A DNA stretch of 35,628 bases from Tubiluchus corallicola (taxonomy: Eukaryota > Animalia > Priapulida): the NCBI GenBank assembly GCA_030141605.1, contig JAQGDQ010001540.1, positions 1 through 35,628 of the forward strand, in the 5' to 3' direction. Shown here one piece after another: positions 1 through 13,297 of the stretch. Position numbers and translations under genes: made by a program. The notes beneath the pieces are model-generated. The model was not told the DNA's origin, did no database searches, and was given only the letters and a program-made list of their open reading frames with translations. Numbering within the stretch: position 1 is the stretch's first letter; every line of letters begins with the position of its first letter.

Positions 1-259
1 ATGCTTATCACAATTTTATTGCTGAAACTTTCTAACATTTTTTCCAAATATTAAAATAAGCTCAACTTCCCGAGAGATTTGACTTTTGTTTTATGCCACA
101 CGTACAATACTGTACCAACTCACTGCTGTTTACATTTGCAGTTAGCACAAGCGCCTAAAACTCAAATGAGTCACTTTTCATATTAAAAGAAAGAGCTATT
201 AAAATTGTTGCTATATGCAATCATCAAAGCGTTTTTTGATTTTATTATCTAATGAGAAA

Positions 260-535
260 GGTAAAAATGGCACAGATAAAAATGGCACAGATAAAAATGA
301 CATAGATAAAAATGACACAGATAAAAGCGGCACAGTTAGAAATGACACAGATAAAAATGGCACAGATAAAAGTGACACAGTTAGAAATGACACAGATAAA
401 AATGGCACAGATAAAAATGACACAGATAAAAATGACACAGATAAATGTTTCACAGATAAAAATGACACAGATAAAAATGGCACAATTAAAATAGCACAAG
501 AAAAAATGTCTCGGTAAAATTGCGCAGGAAAAATG
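260..535 (+). repeat. 15-bp minisatellite (AAAATGRCACAGATA)n, probably the subterminal array of a foldback-type DNA transposon
   Basis: About 15 clear units that decay toward 535. Inverted degenerate units occur at about 2680-2750. Confidence 0.85.
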
Positions 536-589
536 ACAAGTGGAAAAGTAGGAACAATGGTATTGTCGACTTTCGTGAATATGTTTTTT

Positions 590-828
590 TACTTGGCGTG
601 CTCGCAAGTTTTGCAAAAATATATAAAAAGCGCAAGTTTTAGCATGTTTTGCCTCTCTCGGCAGCATATATTTACTTGTTATTTAGCTAAATGTTATTTA
701 GCTAAGCGGATTATCAGAGCTTTAAATCTTTGTTGTCCTTAGAGGAAAATTATCCGCCGCGCTTTGTGAACTAGGCTTAACGATACCGCGTCTCAAGCTT
801 TTAAGTAAAAAATCCTATTAACGATGAA
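590..828 (+). repeat. Dispersed repeat whose two halves recur at about 2283-2415 and about 2806-2933
   Basis: tacttggcgtgctcgcaagttttgcaaaaa...ggcagcatat and aaatgttatttagctaagcggattatca...aaaaaatcctattaac are each present twice in direct orientation. Confidence 0.8.
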
Positions 829-1046
829 TTTCAATTTCAGCGCCTGTTTATGTGTAATATCTCTACAGCATTGTATCTACAGATATATATATATATAAAC
901 ACAGAATTATCTAAATTTGTATACCTTGATTTGTGCATAGTTTAAATTAGTTACACAGAATTATCATAATTTATTTCTACTGTCTTTCACAAAATTTAAA
1001 TTTTGCTTGCCGCAATTCTTATTTGCTTATTACTAGAATATTCACG

Positions 1047-1505
<459 letters not shown>

Positions 1506-1564
1506 CGGATTAAATTAAAAAATTCTACGTGATTATTTTTTTTAAATGACAGCACATTGACAAA

Positions 1565-2215
1565 TCCGATAAAAACTATACATTTAAAATAATTGATACT
1601 GCAAAGCCGTTTCTGATAAATGGAGAATAGACTAAAAACTTAATTAATAGTGGACAAACCCAACGTTGATGACATCACAAACTAACACAATTTTTAACAG
1701 GAAAAATGTTTGCGAAAGCGAAAATTGAAGTACAGCAGTTACGTAAGATATTTAGTGTGTTGCACTAAAACTGGAAAAGTTTTAAGATAGAAATTAAAAA
1801 TTAAAAATTACCGCTATGCTCGCGCATTCGCTGTTGCACGTGTGCAGTTCGTTACAAACTAACACATCTGAACTGAGAGATACAACACCTGTTTCTGTGC
1901 AATGTTTTCCCGAAATGCAGCCGCCCGTCAAGGAAAAATGCATAGCGAATGGCAAAATGCATGTAACAGTGAAGAACTAGTGGCGCGAAGCCGAAATTGT
2001 GTTTGTGTGGTAATAATTCTTTCACGTAAGTCATTTTTGAAAAAATAGTATGTTTCCTTTGAATATTTTAAAGAATAGATTGTTTTGATCTACAGTTTAA
2101 GATTGGATCCGGCTTTGCTTTAATTGTCTGTTTATCTTAGAGCTGTTTTTTACATCTGTAATAAAGATTAGGCGCATTCCTTTAACTAATGAACAGTTTT
2201 CGAAAAATGTTATTT
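1565..2215 (+). mobile_element. Interspersed repeat of unknown family, with an inverted copy at about 21790-22322
   Basis: Segments such as ggcaaaatgcatgtaaca, gaagaactagtggc, aaaaaatagtatgttt, tacagtttaagattgg and aaagattaggcgcattccttta match the reverse complement of the 21.8-22.3 kb region. Confidence 0.75.
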
Positions 2216-3507
2216 ATAATGATACTAAGGAATAATGATACTAAGGACTTGTACAGCGTCGACAAACTTGAACATATTTTTCTACTTGACGTTCTCGCAA
2301 GTTTTGCAAAAAATGTATAAAAAGCGCATGTTTTAGCATGTTTTAGCAAGTTTTAGCATGTTTTAGCAAGTTTTAGCATGTTTTGCCGCTCCAGGCAGCA
2401 TATTTTTCCTTGTTATCCTACAGCTTATGTACAACATCTCCGAAATCTTTCATGCAAATCTATTAATCAAGTTTTGAGTAATTTTGTTAAGAAACAAACA
2501 AGCAAATAGATAAAAGCAACAAACAAACAAATGAACGACCAGACACACGAAGGACGTATAAAATATAACCAATTATGCAGAAGTAAAAAATAATTAAATT
2601 AATTATCTCAACAATAACAATAACTCTAAATCCTATTTTGCTGTGTGAATTTTTCCCCATTTTTTTTCATCTATGCTCTTTCGTCTGTGCCATTATTACC
2701 GTGCCGTTTTTACCTGTGCCATTTTTGCTTAGTGCAGTTTGTACCATACCCTTATCATCTCAAGGTAAGTCATTGCCCGCAAAACCACGAGGGAAACAAA
2801 ATTCGAAATGTTATTTAGCTAAGCGGATTATCATTATCAGCGCTTAGAGGAAAATTATCCGCCGCGCTTTGTGAACAAGGCTTAACGATACCGCGTCTCA
2901 AACTTTTAAGCAAAAAATCCTATTAACAATGAATAAACCGTTTGTATTTGTTTGTCTTTTCTAAAGCATATGATATCTGCTGCTGATGATAATTACCTGT
3001 ATTTTCCTGATGTTGATGATTGCACAGTTGGAGCTTCCATGCTGTGATTACGAAATTGGTGACCCTTACCTCGTGACGAGTACAGGAGTTCAAATGCTAC
3101 TCTAGCTTGACGTCATATAAGTGGAGGCGAGGACGTCATCAGGAGTCGTCATAGTTTAGAGACGTCGTTCACATAATCGGATGCGTGAAGAGGTACTGTG
3201 GTCAACTGTTCTATGGTGCACCATTTCTTGATGAAGCCCCCTGGTGAGGAGTCAGAGAGATGACGCTGGATGGAGAAACGTCGCTTGGTGATGCCAAGAC
3301 AGGACTGGTGAAAAACGTTACGTTGTTACTTTTTTAGCTTAACCAGCTTAATCTCTATTACTAATATTTTCCTTACAATGAATTCGAGATGTTCATTAAA
3401 TTGTTATTATTATTTTATTAATTCAGTAGTTTTTCTACAGTGTTTTCGTCTAAGTGTTTTATTCCGTCTAAGTACCCATGTTAGAATATCAGCGAGACTG
3501 ATCACTC

Positions 3508-3508
<1 letters not shown>

Positions 3509-3563
<55 letters not shown>

Positions 3564-3595
3564 GATTATTATTATTATTACTATTATTATTATTT
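3509..3595. repeat. (TTA)n microsatellite
   Basis: Directly visible. Confidence 0.95.
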
Positions 3596-5190
3596 GTGAC
3601 GCCGGGTTTTACTTGTTGGTTTTCTGTTCTTTATTTAAACCAGATTTACTTCAACAATTCCCAACCTAGTACTCCTAGCCGAGCGGTGAGGTAGTAGTAC
3701 ACAGATGTTAGTAGTTTAGAAACTGAATCAGTTTATCATAGGTACCTCTACGGGGCGTACCTTGAGACAAAAGATATGGGTTCGAATCACGAGTGGGATC
3801 TTAAGTGTCGGTCTTGAGTTGCTGTTATTGTGTTTAGCTAACAAAGCGAGAACTATTCATAACATTTTTACTATTCAAATACTTCTTAAACGTTCATAAA
3901 AAAACGCTCTTCAAGATACATATTTTGTGTATAAAGAACGATCAAAATTTAATTAACAAATTTGTGATGATCAAAAGATAATTTTCAAAATCAATCAGAG
4001 TGCTGCACTCCCTTTTGCTTTATAATTAAAAGTACTTTCAAAGGCTGCCTCTCATACAACAAAATTATACTTAATCACTAGAGCGTAGCTGTTTTTCAAT
4101 AAAGCATACCTAAATCATATTATACTTTAAACAGCAAACCTTCTTAGACATAACGTTGTTTACCATACATGGAGGAAAAATAAATACGAGGCAAAACCCA
4201 ACTAAAGATAAACAAATTAAGATTCTAATACACTAGGTACTCACTAATTACCCTTTCCCTGGGAGGTGCACCGAAAAACCTGTCCACGCTGAGATGGTTC
4301 ACTGTCCATTAACGTCTTGGCATGCCACATAATCACTGGTGACGTCACTGGAAACGAAGTCTGCACTGTCCAGTAGATGAGGTAGGTGAGGTGACATCGT
4401 GAATGGTTTAACTTTCTCAGAGGCTGGCGTCAGGTAAATTTATTCGGTGATATTCAGTCCAACCTTCCACATGATCAGTAGTAGCCCCATAACGGCTTAA
4501 GCAAATTGTCCCAAGTATCCATTTGGCTGTAAACTCCGATAGTGCACAAAATGTATCACAACGTATCTAGACTGCTCGAAAACGTTACTGTCCTTTAACT
4601 GTAATCACAGCTATATAAAATGCTAAATGCCAAACTCCAACACATTACATAGTCCGCAGGTAACACGTACAGAGCAAACGTCTTTACTTCGTAGCTATAA
4701 ACGTGCCGACTGTGAAACCGTCGAAATAAATCTAGGATGACAACCTGGTTTCCAACTTATGCACTTGTTGAAGGACAGGTGTGTGGCTTTCCCATCCCGC
4801 AGTACTTACAGTACCTATTCATAATACTAGCTAAACATTCTTGTATAGTAAACTGTTCATAACATTATTATTATTGTTATTATTATTATTGTTATTATTA
4901 TTATTATTATTGCTATTCTTATTAAATTTTTTATTATATCTCTTATGTACTTTAAATCTGAAATAAAATTGTGCTTTGAAATGAATTTGGATTTTTCCGT
5001 TTCTCTGGACGTGCGTTTGCATTTACCTAGTTGCTGCTAGAAGTGAACTGAACTCAATGATGTACGTCCATCACACGCGTGAGGATGGTAAAATTGCGCG
5101 ACTATTAAGCTGTTCTCATTACCAGCATAGTGCTGCTATCTGTTGAGTGCAAAAAGAAACTCTAAGCAGCAAACATTTATTCTGTATTAT

Positions 5191-5809
5191 TACAGCGTGT
5201 TTTTTACAAGTTTTTGGAAAAGTTAATCAATGTTTGTCAATAGCTTGAAAAATTGATGATTAATAAATCTATTATTACTGAATATTAAAAACAGATAATA
5301 AAAAGTTAGAACTATGGATATGAGGTTAAAAACAAATATGATTGAAATGTGTATAGTCATTTTTATATGACATTTTTTTCGTTCTGAAATTCCCGCAAAA
5401 GAACTCCGCATAAACCATGATTATGTGCAGTGTGCTCTGTCACGCCATCAAAGCGTGTAGACAAAACGTGCTGTGTGGAATTACCGTGATCATGCGCAGT
5501 GTGCCCTGTGACGCCATCATAGCGTGTAGCAAAACGCGCTGTGTGGAATTACCGTGATCATGCGCAGTGTGCCCTGTTTTCGCTTTTGCGCTAAGCTGCT
5601 ACGCTGGCGGCATCAAACGGAGGATGATTAAAAACTTTTCAGCCGCTCAAAGACTGCAATTTCATTTATTAAGTCCACCAATAGTGTTGGCACACGGGCA
5701 ATTTTGATAAGCCAAAATCACTTTTGAGTTTTTAATAGAACAAGAATATCTCAAATCAATTATTGGTTTCAAAAACTAAAAACATTTCATGAAAACGAAA
5801 ACACTTGTA
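5191..5809 (+). mobile_element. Non-autonomous DNA transposon (possibly Tc1/mariner-type MITE) carrying about 2.5 units of a 69-bp internal repeat
   Basis: Imperfect termini TACAGCGTGTTTT and AAAACACTTGTA with TA ends. The body and 3' flank (5580-5795) are homologous to 35410-35628. Confidence 0.6.
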
Positions 5810-5969
5810 GCAACAAGTTTGAACTACGTACTTGCAAATACTTCTTCAGTTCTCTGGTAAGTAAAATTTTACTGTTCTTCCTGAGGAAATAGGCTAGCTG
5901 ACTGCGTGATGGGCTGCTACTATGTACAAAACTAATGCATTTTTATTGATTTTTCTCTGATACCCTGTC

Positions 5970-6067
5970 TTAGAGAGGAAGGGAGAGAGAGAGAAAGAAA
6001 CAGAGAGAAAGAGAAGGAGGAAGGAAGAGAGGGAGAGAGAAACAGAGAGAAAGAGAGGGAGGAAGGA

Positions 6068-6098
<31 letters not shown>

Positions 6099-6104
6099 GG
6101 GAGG

Positions 6105-6152
<48 letters not shown>

Positions 6153-6166
6153 CAAAGAGAGGGAGG

Positions 6167-6223
<57 letters not shown>
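5970..6223. repeat. (GA)n/(CA)n compound microsatellite
   Basis: Directly visible. Confidence 0.95.
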
Positions 6224-6226
<3 letters not shown>

Positions 6227-6979
6227 CTTCTCTTCCTTTTGTTAAAGGTTCTGCCATTTGTTTCTTGGTCGCTTTACTCCAAAGTGGCGGATTTGGCACA
6301 TTAAAAATTGCACCCATTTACGTGCGCTGCAATTAGTCTATATAATTACACATATAATTTTTTTAGGTTTGTATATAAATAATGCGTACGCACACGCACG
6401 CACGCGCACGCAGACAACAAGTAATTGCATATTGTGCTTCATATATAAATAATCAATACAGTAGTAGAGATGAGTAGGACTGAACTGCCAGCCTAGGGCG
6501 TCGTAACATCTTGATACACCCATGCACACATTCATATACATGTATGATGTATGCATTATTACATACAGAGATTCTACGAAGCTGTGCCTATGTATTTAAC
6601 AATATAAATTGATTGCCCTTAGTAACTACGCCAATATAAAATCAATTAATTTAAGCCCATCAATAAATAAATTATTTATCAAGCCTTGTCTGTGGTTGGG
6701 TTTAGCTACAGGTGTTTTATTAGTACGCTTATACAAGTACATTTTTACACGTAAACAAACTATATTTAATGAACATTTATTTTGACATAAGCCTAACTGA
6801 ATCTTAAAAAAATTTGGCTAAATATAAGTGACGTCTACACATGACCCGCCTGCCGATTCTAATTTATGCGCCAGGTTGGCTTCTCACCTGATTCCGTAAC
6901 TTGATTTTGACCTAGCTAGTTGGTTGTTACAGAGGTGAAAGTAATGTCGGCAGCTTAGGATGACAGCTCTGATGTTTCG

Positions 6980-7320
6980 TTTTGTTATTTTTTGTTCACT
7001 GACAATAAAAAAGAGGAGTAATGTCGTAAATGCTTCTTCGTTTGTTCAACGTGATTTTAAAACCAACTCCATCTCATAACAAAGGCCAATGTATGATTAT
7101 ATGCTTTTTAACTTGGAATTAGCAAAACATGCAGATGCTTAGATTAACTTTTGTTCTGGAAAAATTATTTGCTCTTCTGAAGAAATGGGACACATTAAAT
7201 GGGAAAGTTCTTTTAGAAAACATATTGCTACAGATACAGAACACTACATGAGCCAGGTGTTTGCAAACTTTCTTTATGATCAACTTTCTTAACTTCGTCA
7301 ATAAGCCTATTAATTTTCAT
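6980..7320 (-). mobile_element. Possible highly decayed LINE (CR1/L2 group) ORF2 3' fragment
   Basis: Minus-strand translation FPFNVSHFF...SRTKVNLSI...KKHIIIH loosely resembles the post-RT C-terminus seen in the clearer copies at 20.2 kb and 33.2 kb. Confidence 0.3.
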
Positions 7321-7659
7321 TAGATATGAATATAATAGTTTTTATTTTAACTACTAATTATTCTTAGTGCCTTATGCACTTATGTTTGTTTTAAATAATG
7401 GTAAAAAATATTACAGCTGCCATAAATCGCCAAAGACAGATGTAGGCCTTGCAACTCACTGCTGAGTAATTTAAGAGCACCTGTCGACCGGCCTGAGTTT
7501 GTTGGTCTCATCAATTTATCTGCTACAGTACACACCTGTGCGCGACCTGACAACAAAAGTCCGTACTGCTGTGCCGCTAGGGCGACACTGACTGCGCGAA
7601 CTGCTGCGCAGTAGGTCTTTCTCTGTACTCTTTGCGGTAACTGTTCTTTGATCATATCA

Positions 7660-8568
7660 CGTAGGTAAAACGCGTTGTGTAAAAGTACGGTGTTCACGCG
7701 CAGCGTGCTCCGTGAGCTGTGTAGACAAAACGCGCTGTGTGGAATGACCGTGATCATGCGCAGTGGGCTCTGTGACCCGCCATCATAGCGTGTAGACAAA
7801 ACGCGCTGTGTGGATTTACCGTGATCATGCCCAGTGTGCTCTGTGACGCCATCATAGCGTGTAGGCAAAACGCGCAGTGTGGAATTACCGTGATCATGCG
7901 CAGTGTGCGCTGTGACCCGCCATCATAGCGTGTAGGCAAAACGCCCTGTGTGGAATGACCGTGATCATGCGCAGTGTGCTCTGTGAGCCACCATCATAGC
8001 GTGTAGACAAAACGCCCTGTGTGGAATGACCGTGATCATGCGCAGTGTGCTCTGTGACCCGCCATCAAAGCGTGTAGGCAAAACGCCCTGTGTGGAATGA
8101 CCGTGATCATGCGCAGTGTGCTCTGTGACCTGCCATCAAAGCGTGTAGGCAAAACGCGCTGTGTGGAATTGCCGTGATCATGCGCAGTGTGCTCTGTGAC
8201 GCCATCAAAGCGTGTAGGCAAAACGCCCTGTGTGGAATGACCGTGATCATGCGCAGTGTGCTCTGTGACCCGCCATCATAGCGTGTAGGCAAAACGCCCT
8301 GTGTGGAATGACCGTGATCATGCGCAGTGTGCTCTGTGACCCGCCATCAAAGCGTGTAGGCAAAACGCCCTGTGTGGAATGACCGTGATCATGCGCAGTG
8401 TGCTCTGTGACCTGCCATCAAAGCGTGTAGGCAAAACGCCCTGTGTGGAATGACCGTGATCATGCGCAGTGTGCTCTGTGACCCGCCATCATAGCGTGTA
8501 GGCAAAACGCCCTGTGTGGAATGACCGTGATCATGCGCAGTGTGCTCTGTGACGCCATCGTAGCGTGT
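7660..8568 (+). repeat. 69/71-bp minisatellite, about 12.5 units
   Basis: gtgatcatg recurs at 7750, 7821, 7890, 7961, 8032, 8103, 8174, 8243, 8314, 8385, 8456 and 8527. The unit is the same as at 5410-5575 and 34615-35362. Confidence 0.95.
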
Positions 8569-8573
8569 CGTTC

Positions 8574-9555
8574 AAGAGGTTTGCAACTCAAGCAAATCAC
8601 TTATCGTGTAAATCTTTAGATTATAAGATGTGAAAACGCGCTGTGTGCGAAAGTGCAGCACTTTCATTTGTTTGTTTTGAATGTGAAAAACTTTGTGTAC
8701 GTTTCTGTTATGAAAAATGTGATTATTTTAGAGGAAAATTTGGTAACACGATTTAGTGTGTAATTGGAACACGGATTTTGCATGTGAAGTTTGCTTTGTA
8801 CAACATGAGCATGTGGAGGAATATTATCGTGTGATGTCTTAGTTTTGGCGGGAAGATTTCTATCAGAAGCGCACCCTGTCGCTTGCTACATTAATTAATT
8901 AAGCGACATTGGCAAACAAAATGCGACACTAGTAACCTTTTCACTGGGATTTACAGGAATATTCGATAATAGGATGGAGATATTTCAAAAATGAAAAGAG
9001 GTTAGAGAACGCCTCTTCTGCAAATATTTTTTTTATTTAAATGTAAAGATTTAGTAATATTTGTTTTATTAGTTATTATTTTGTTTGCCTATAGTGTCAT
9101 TATATTTGAAAATTGAAATTCTATATGTGTCCTGTTTGTAAAGTAAATGTCATTGAAAACTCATCGTGTGAACCGAGTTCAATGTTTTAAAAGTCATTCT
9201 ATTATAGAATGCCATTTTGTAAAGAAACGTATGTACTAGGAATTTCAATAGTCACTAATAAATTAAATGGTCTATCTGTATAGTCGATTCAAAAATGTTC
9301 ACTCAAATGTTGCTCTTTTTTGCTAATTGGTCGTAATTTAATAAAATTTTAGATGATCACCACTTATATTGTCCTAATCTGTGGGACTGCTTAAACTAAG
9401 TAGTGTGATTGTGAATTTGTGCATTTAATTTTCTTGTACCACACGTTCATCAAAAAAATCAAAATTTCGTGAAAATATGGAGAATGTTTTTAGATACTTT
9501 TGAAAATGCTGTAACGACTTTGCAACAATTTTTCAATATTTTTTGCGAACCTCTG
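8574..9555 (+). mobile_element. Possible decayed hAT-type element
   Basis: Inverted termini AGAGGTTTGCAA (8575) and TTGCGAACCTCT (9543), 11/12 match. A frameshifted SSCEP/FNVLKVI near 9160 is reminiscent of the hAT dimerisation motif. No target-site duplication seen. Confidence 0.3.
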
Positions 9556-9652
9556 TTATCCCGGTGTCTCCCAGTGTTCAGTTAATAAATTGTAATGAGA
9601 TAACTGCAAACAGGTTTAAATATATGAACAATGATTGGACTTATATGATAGT

Positions 9653-9653
9653 G

Positions 9654-9708
<55 letters not shown>

Positions 9709-10120
9709 TAAACGCTTTATTTTTTCATACGTAAACACAAGTACAATAAATCAAAGTACAAATAAATCACACACTTACATAAACAACACATACAGGAACA
9801 TGTTTTTACAAATACAGGGCTCTTTTTAAACGTAGTTGATTAAAAAATACAATAATTTATAACAAACACAACTACATACATATCACAGTGCTTGTAGAAT
9901 ACATTAATACTTAGCAAAATTAATTTGTGCCTCTTAATTTCCAATCACGTATTGTTGAAATTTTATACACATAGTTAATCAAGAATTTCTTAAATTCCAT
10001 ATCATCACTTTTGATAACAACAAATATCAACTTATCAATATCACACATGAATGGAATTACAGTGGAATATATGTGGAAAAATAGATTATGTATTTTTAGG
10101 TTTGTTTTCAAATGAGTTGG
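9653..10120 (-). mobile_element. 5'-truncated LINE 3' end with AATAAA and (TTA)n tail
   Basis: ORF end LFFHIYSTVIPFMCDIDKLIFVVIKSDDMEFKKFLINYVYKISTIR resembles non-LTR ORF2 C-termini. It is followed on the minus strand by a UTR, AATAAA and a trinucleotide tail at 9653-9710. Confidence 0.5.
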
Positions 10121-11256
10121 TAAATGTGCAACTACCAGACTTGATTTGCTCGAGCTGGACAAACGAGCTGGACTCAGGTAATGCTGGCAGGAAAACTATC
10201 GCCTGAAGCTTTATATTAGCCCAGGGAAAATTTAAAAAACTTTTAATATATATAAGGGTTATTAATTTTTAATACTCTCATTCTACCGCATTTTTATACG
10301 AATGCACACTTTTTCATGAAATTTCAAGTCAAATAGTCTTTAAAATTGTGCCTTAAGATTAGTCTCTGGCTATTCAAATAAAACTATTTGTAATAACACC
10401 AATAACATCTAATAAAGTGTAAAACGAATTTCTGACTTTCTGAGGGATGATACTGACATAAATTGTTAAACTTTTTTTAAGATTCACATTTCATATAATC
10501 GCCACACAGCAGCAACGAATGTCGGATTAACAGAAAAAATATTTTTTATTCTTTAACTTTTTATCTTACTGACTGCGTTTATGAAAATGAATGTGTTTTT
10601 GTTGTTTTTCTACTTGCATTTATTTTTAGTTATTTCTACAAGCATAATCTTTTACTATCTTCCCTAGATATTTACAAACATTCCCATGATGACCGCTAGA
10701 GGGATAATTTCTGCATGAATGACTGGCGCCAGCTTATTAGGATTTATGCCGTTCATCCCGTAAAAACCATTTAGATAATTTGTTGCGAATTGATCAAATG
10801 CCAATTACCTAGAATTTGAGCAAATTATCTTAGAGTTAATCGGCTTGGGCTTGGATTAAGCTTTTGTTGTTGAGAAGAGAGAGTCGTGTTTGTACATTAA
10901 GCTGTCATTTAGAAAATTCAAGAGAGAAGGTTTTATCTGTAAACAAAAACGCTTTGAAATCTTAAGCTCCTCTGAAATGCAAAACCTGCGGCACGAAATC
11001 AAAGCTTCTCAATCTTCAGCTTTGGAAGCTGGGATAACGAGATGCTATAACCTGTGTCATGACGTTGTGATTTCTGTTCTGCTATTATAAATTCATTGCC
11101 CCTTTCAGCTCTTAGGAGAGCAGCGCACTGCAGTTCAAATAAAACCCAAATAAAATAATACAAACGTCTATGACACAAATTTGTAAAATAAAGATGAGAT
11201 TTATATAAAGATACACACATATTATATATATATATAACAAAATATATTTCAAATTC

Positions 11257-11437
11257 TTGTTGTTGTTGTTCCTGTTATTATTATTAGTATTATTAATATT
11301 AATATTAATGTTAATGTTATTATTAATATTATTGTTATTATTATTATTATTATTGTTGTTGTTGTTGTTCCTGTTATTATTATTGGTACTATTAATATTA
11401 ATATTAATGTTATTATTATTATTATTATTATTATTAT
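11257..11437. repeat. Degenerate (TTA/TTG)n microsatellite with an internal duplication
   Basis: Directly visible; gttgttgttcctgttattatta occurs twice. Confidence 0.9.
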
Positions 11438-11439
11438 CT

Positions 11440-12420
11440 ATATATTAATATTCTTGGTATGTTATATATATATATAAGATTCGAGGCTATGGAATTCGCG
11501 AGAGGGCCATGCCGTCCCGTAACGAGCGTTTTCCCGGACATAACTCGCGATTTTTTCGAAATTTTGGCCAAACAGCCTGCAGAAAAAACGTTCTAGCGGC
11601 TCTTGGTGGGACTCTCGGAAGGAGATATACAGCTCTTTAGAAAGACGAAGAACGGTGCTACACGATGTTGTAGGCTATATTTTAGAACAGGTCCACTGAG
11701 AGGAGTAGCGAGGAGTTAATTACATGTTCTATTTTTGGCAATTTTCGCTTAGATAACTGCTGACGCAAAGCCATTGTTGTGACGTCATCCATTATACTCT
11801 GTCTATACCTTATAGCTTTAATTCAGTAAAAGCTGCTGGCTTTGTGTTATGAAAATAAACACTAGGTAGGATGTTCGCGCTTTGTTGATTATAAGTGGAT
11901 TAATAAGCAAAATTTTTTGCGGGGCCTTTGCTATCGCATATATTAATTTCGCTGGTATGGGCTTGATATATGTATATATATATAGATATATATAGATATA
12001 AAAGATTCGAGGCTACAGCTCGGACGACGGCACCATTTGCGGCGATCTATACATCAAACGAAAGGTCTCGATCTAGTGTCGTGCCATTGGGGGATTATTT
12101 TTCGAATCCGGCCCACTGGGACGAACGGGGGGCGAAAAACCTCCTAAAATGGCCATTTTCGGTCGTTTTTTGCAAATTTTATACGAATGAGATCTGAAGT
12201 ACGGAAAAGGGCCATGGGCGGTGCTGGGTATGGATAGATAGCCCGTTCAGCGCTGGGTGTCATAGGCGTATTTAGAATTTGCGAGAGGGCCACGGCGTCC
12301 CGCAACGGGAGTTTTCCCGGACCCAACTCGCGATTTTTTCGAAATTTTGACCAAATAGCATGCGGAAAAAACGTTCTAGCGGCGCCTGCCAATTTTCGAA
12401 ACAATTTTTGTTGTCTAGCA
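11440..12420 (+). mobile_element. Two head-to-tail copies of a Helitron-like non-autonomous repeat
   Basis: Both copies start (TA)n-agattcgaggcta (about 11478 and 12003) and share gcgagagggcca...ttttcccggac...aactcgcgattttttcgaaatttt...aaaaaacgttctagcggc (11498-11600 vs 12281-12382). The junction motif atattaat..ggtatg precedes each. The class assignment is inferred. Confidence 0.55.
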
Positions 12421-12661
12421 ACTTTGTAAACTTTATTAAAAAACTTGTACACAGCCTAGTTTCTGTTCACATGTTTTATATATATTTACGGCAAGCTACT
12501 ACAAACTACGATCCAAAAGTTAATTCTACGAAAAATAATTACATCTGTTTGTAGGTCATTATTTACACTGGAGAGCCTGTACATGTATGCGTTAAATTAA
12601 CACTACTACAATAGACACAGCAGAGTATATCCTACATTTTGCCTTTTTAATTACGTTCAAC

Positions 12662-12667
12662 TTTATT
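12662..12667 (-). promoter_or_regulatory. Candidate polyadenylation signal AATAAA for the CDA-like gene (second candidate at 12432-12437)
   Basis: tttatt on the plus strand a few bases past the stop codon. The AT-rich background makes the choice between the two sites uncertain. Confidence 0.35.
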
Positions 12668-12674
12668 TTCTTGT

Positions 12675-12975
12675 TTATAGCCATGGATATTCTTCTGGGC
12701 ATTCTGCGCATGTCTGGAAGAACCTGTCTCCTGGATGGTCCTCACTGTTTGGCTGATAAGTGATATTGAAATAGCTGCAGAGATTGATGTTATCACAGAG
12801 CTGAACGCGATCGCTATAGTCACAATCAAAACTCATCTGGGAGAGAGGTACTGGGTTCTTGATCCATTCTAAGGCTTGACTGTAAGTGACGATGAATACA
12901 TCATCCATGGCTTCAATCTCATCCATAAATTCCTGTAGAGCTTCTAAGTTGTGGTAACCATTATTGTAAAACCAT
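12675..12975 (-). CDS. Chitin deacetylase-like gene, exon 5 (C-terminus and stop)
   Basis: Acceptor ttttgctcttag, 301 nt. Encodes WFYNNGYHNLEALQEFMDEIEAMDDVFIVTYSQALEWIKNPVPL...FFQTCAECPEEYPWL then TAA, matching the conserved CDA C-terminus TCxxCPxxYPW. Exon lengths sum to 1521 nt, which is 506 aa plus stop. Confidence 0.95.
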
Positions 12976-13297
12976 CTAAGAGCAAAAAAATCAAATTAAT
13001 TTATTTCATCGGTGTGTGTATCTTTGAAGCCTTTTTCTTCTAACGGCGTTGCTTTTTTACAATTAATTAAAAATTAATGTATTACTGCATGATGAGCTTT
13101 TGAACTTATGCCAAAATTATACGCAAAGTATGCGTTACAATCCGTTTTAAAACTAAATGACTAGCCATCATTTTTAGATATTCTTGTTCACAAAGTATAT
13201 CATTATTAACTAGCTTATCAATGCAATGTATAACTGATAGGTAGAGCGGTAAAATTCTACAATAAAAGAGGAAGTGCGAAAAAATGTTTCACATTAC

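Noticed and set aside
211-667. Pentapeptide-repeat-like ORFs
   Set aside because: Produced by the 15-bp minisatellite; open in several frames on both strands.
3595-4810. Solo LTR bounded by TGT...ACA
   Set aside because: No target-site duplication and no second copy in the window, so it cannot be supported without a repeat search.
7380-8292. Repeat-peptide ORFs here and at 34469-35309
   Set aside because: Translations of the 69/71-bp array; the 71-bp units shift the frame.
10668-11090. Exon-like GC-elevated stretch after a polypyrimidine-AG, loosely like an ionotropic receptor S2 end
   Set aside because: Multiple stops in all plus-strand frames and no convincing motif.
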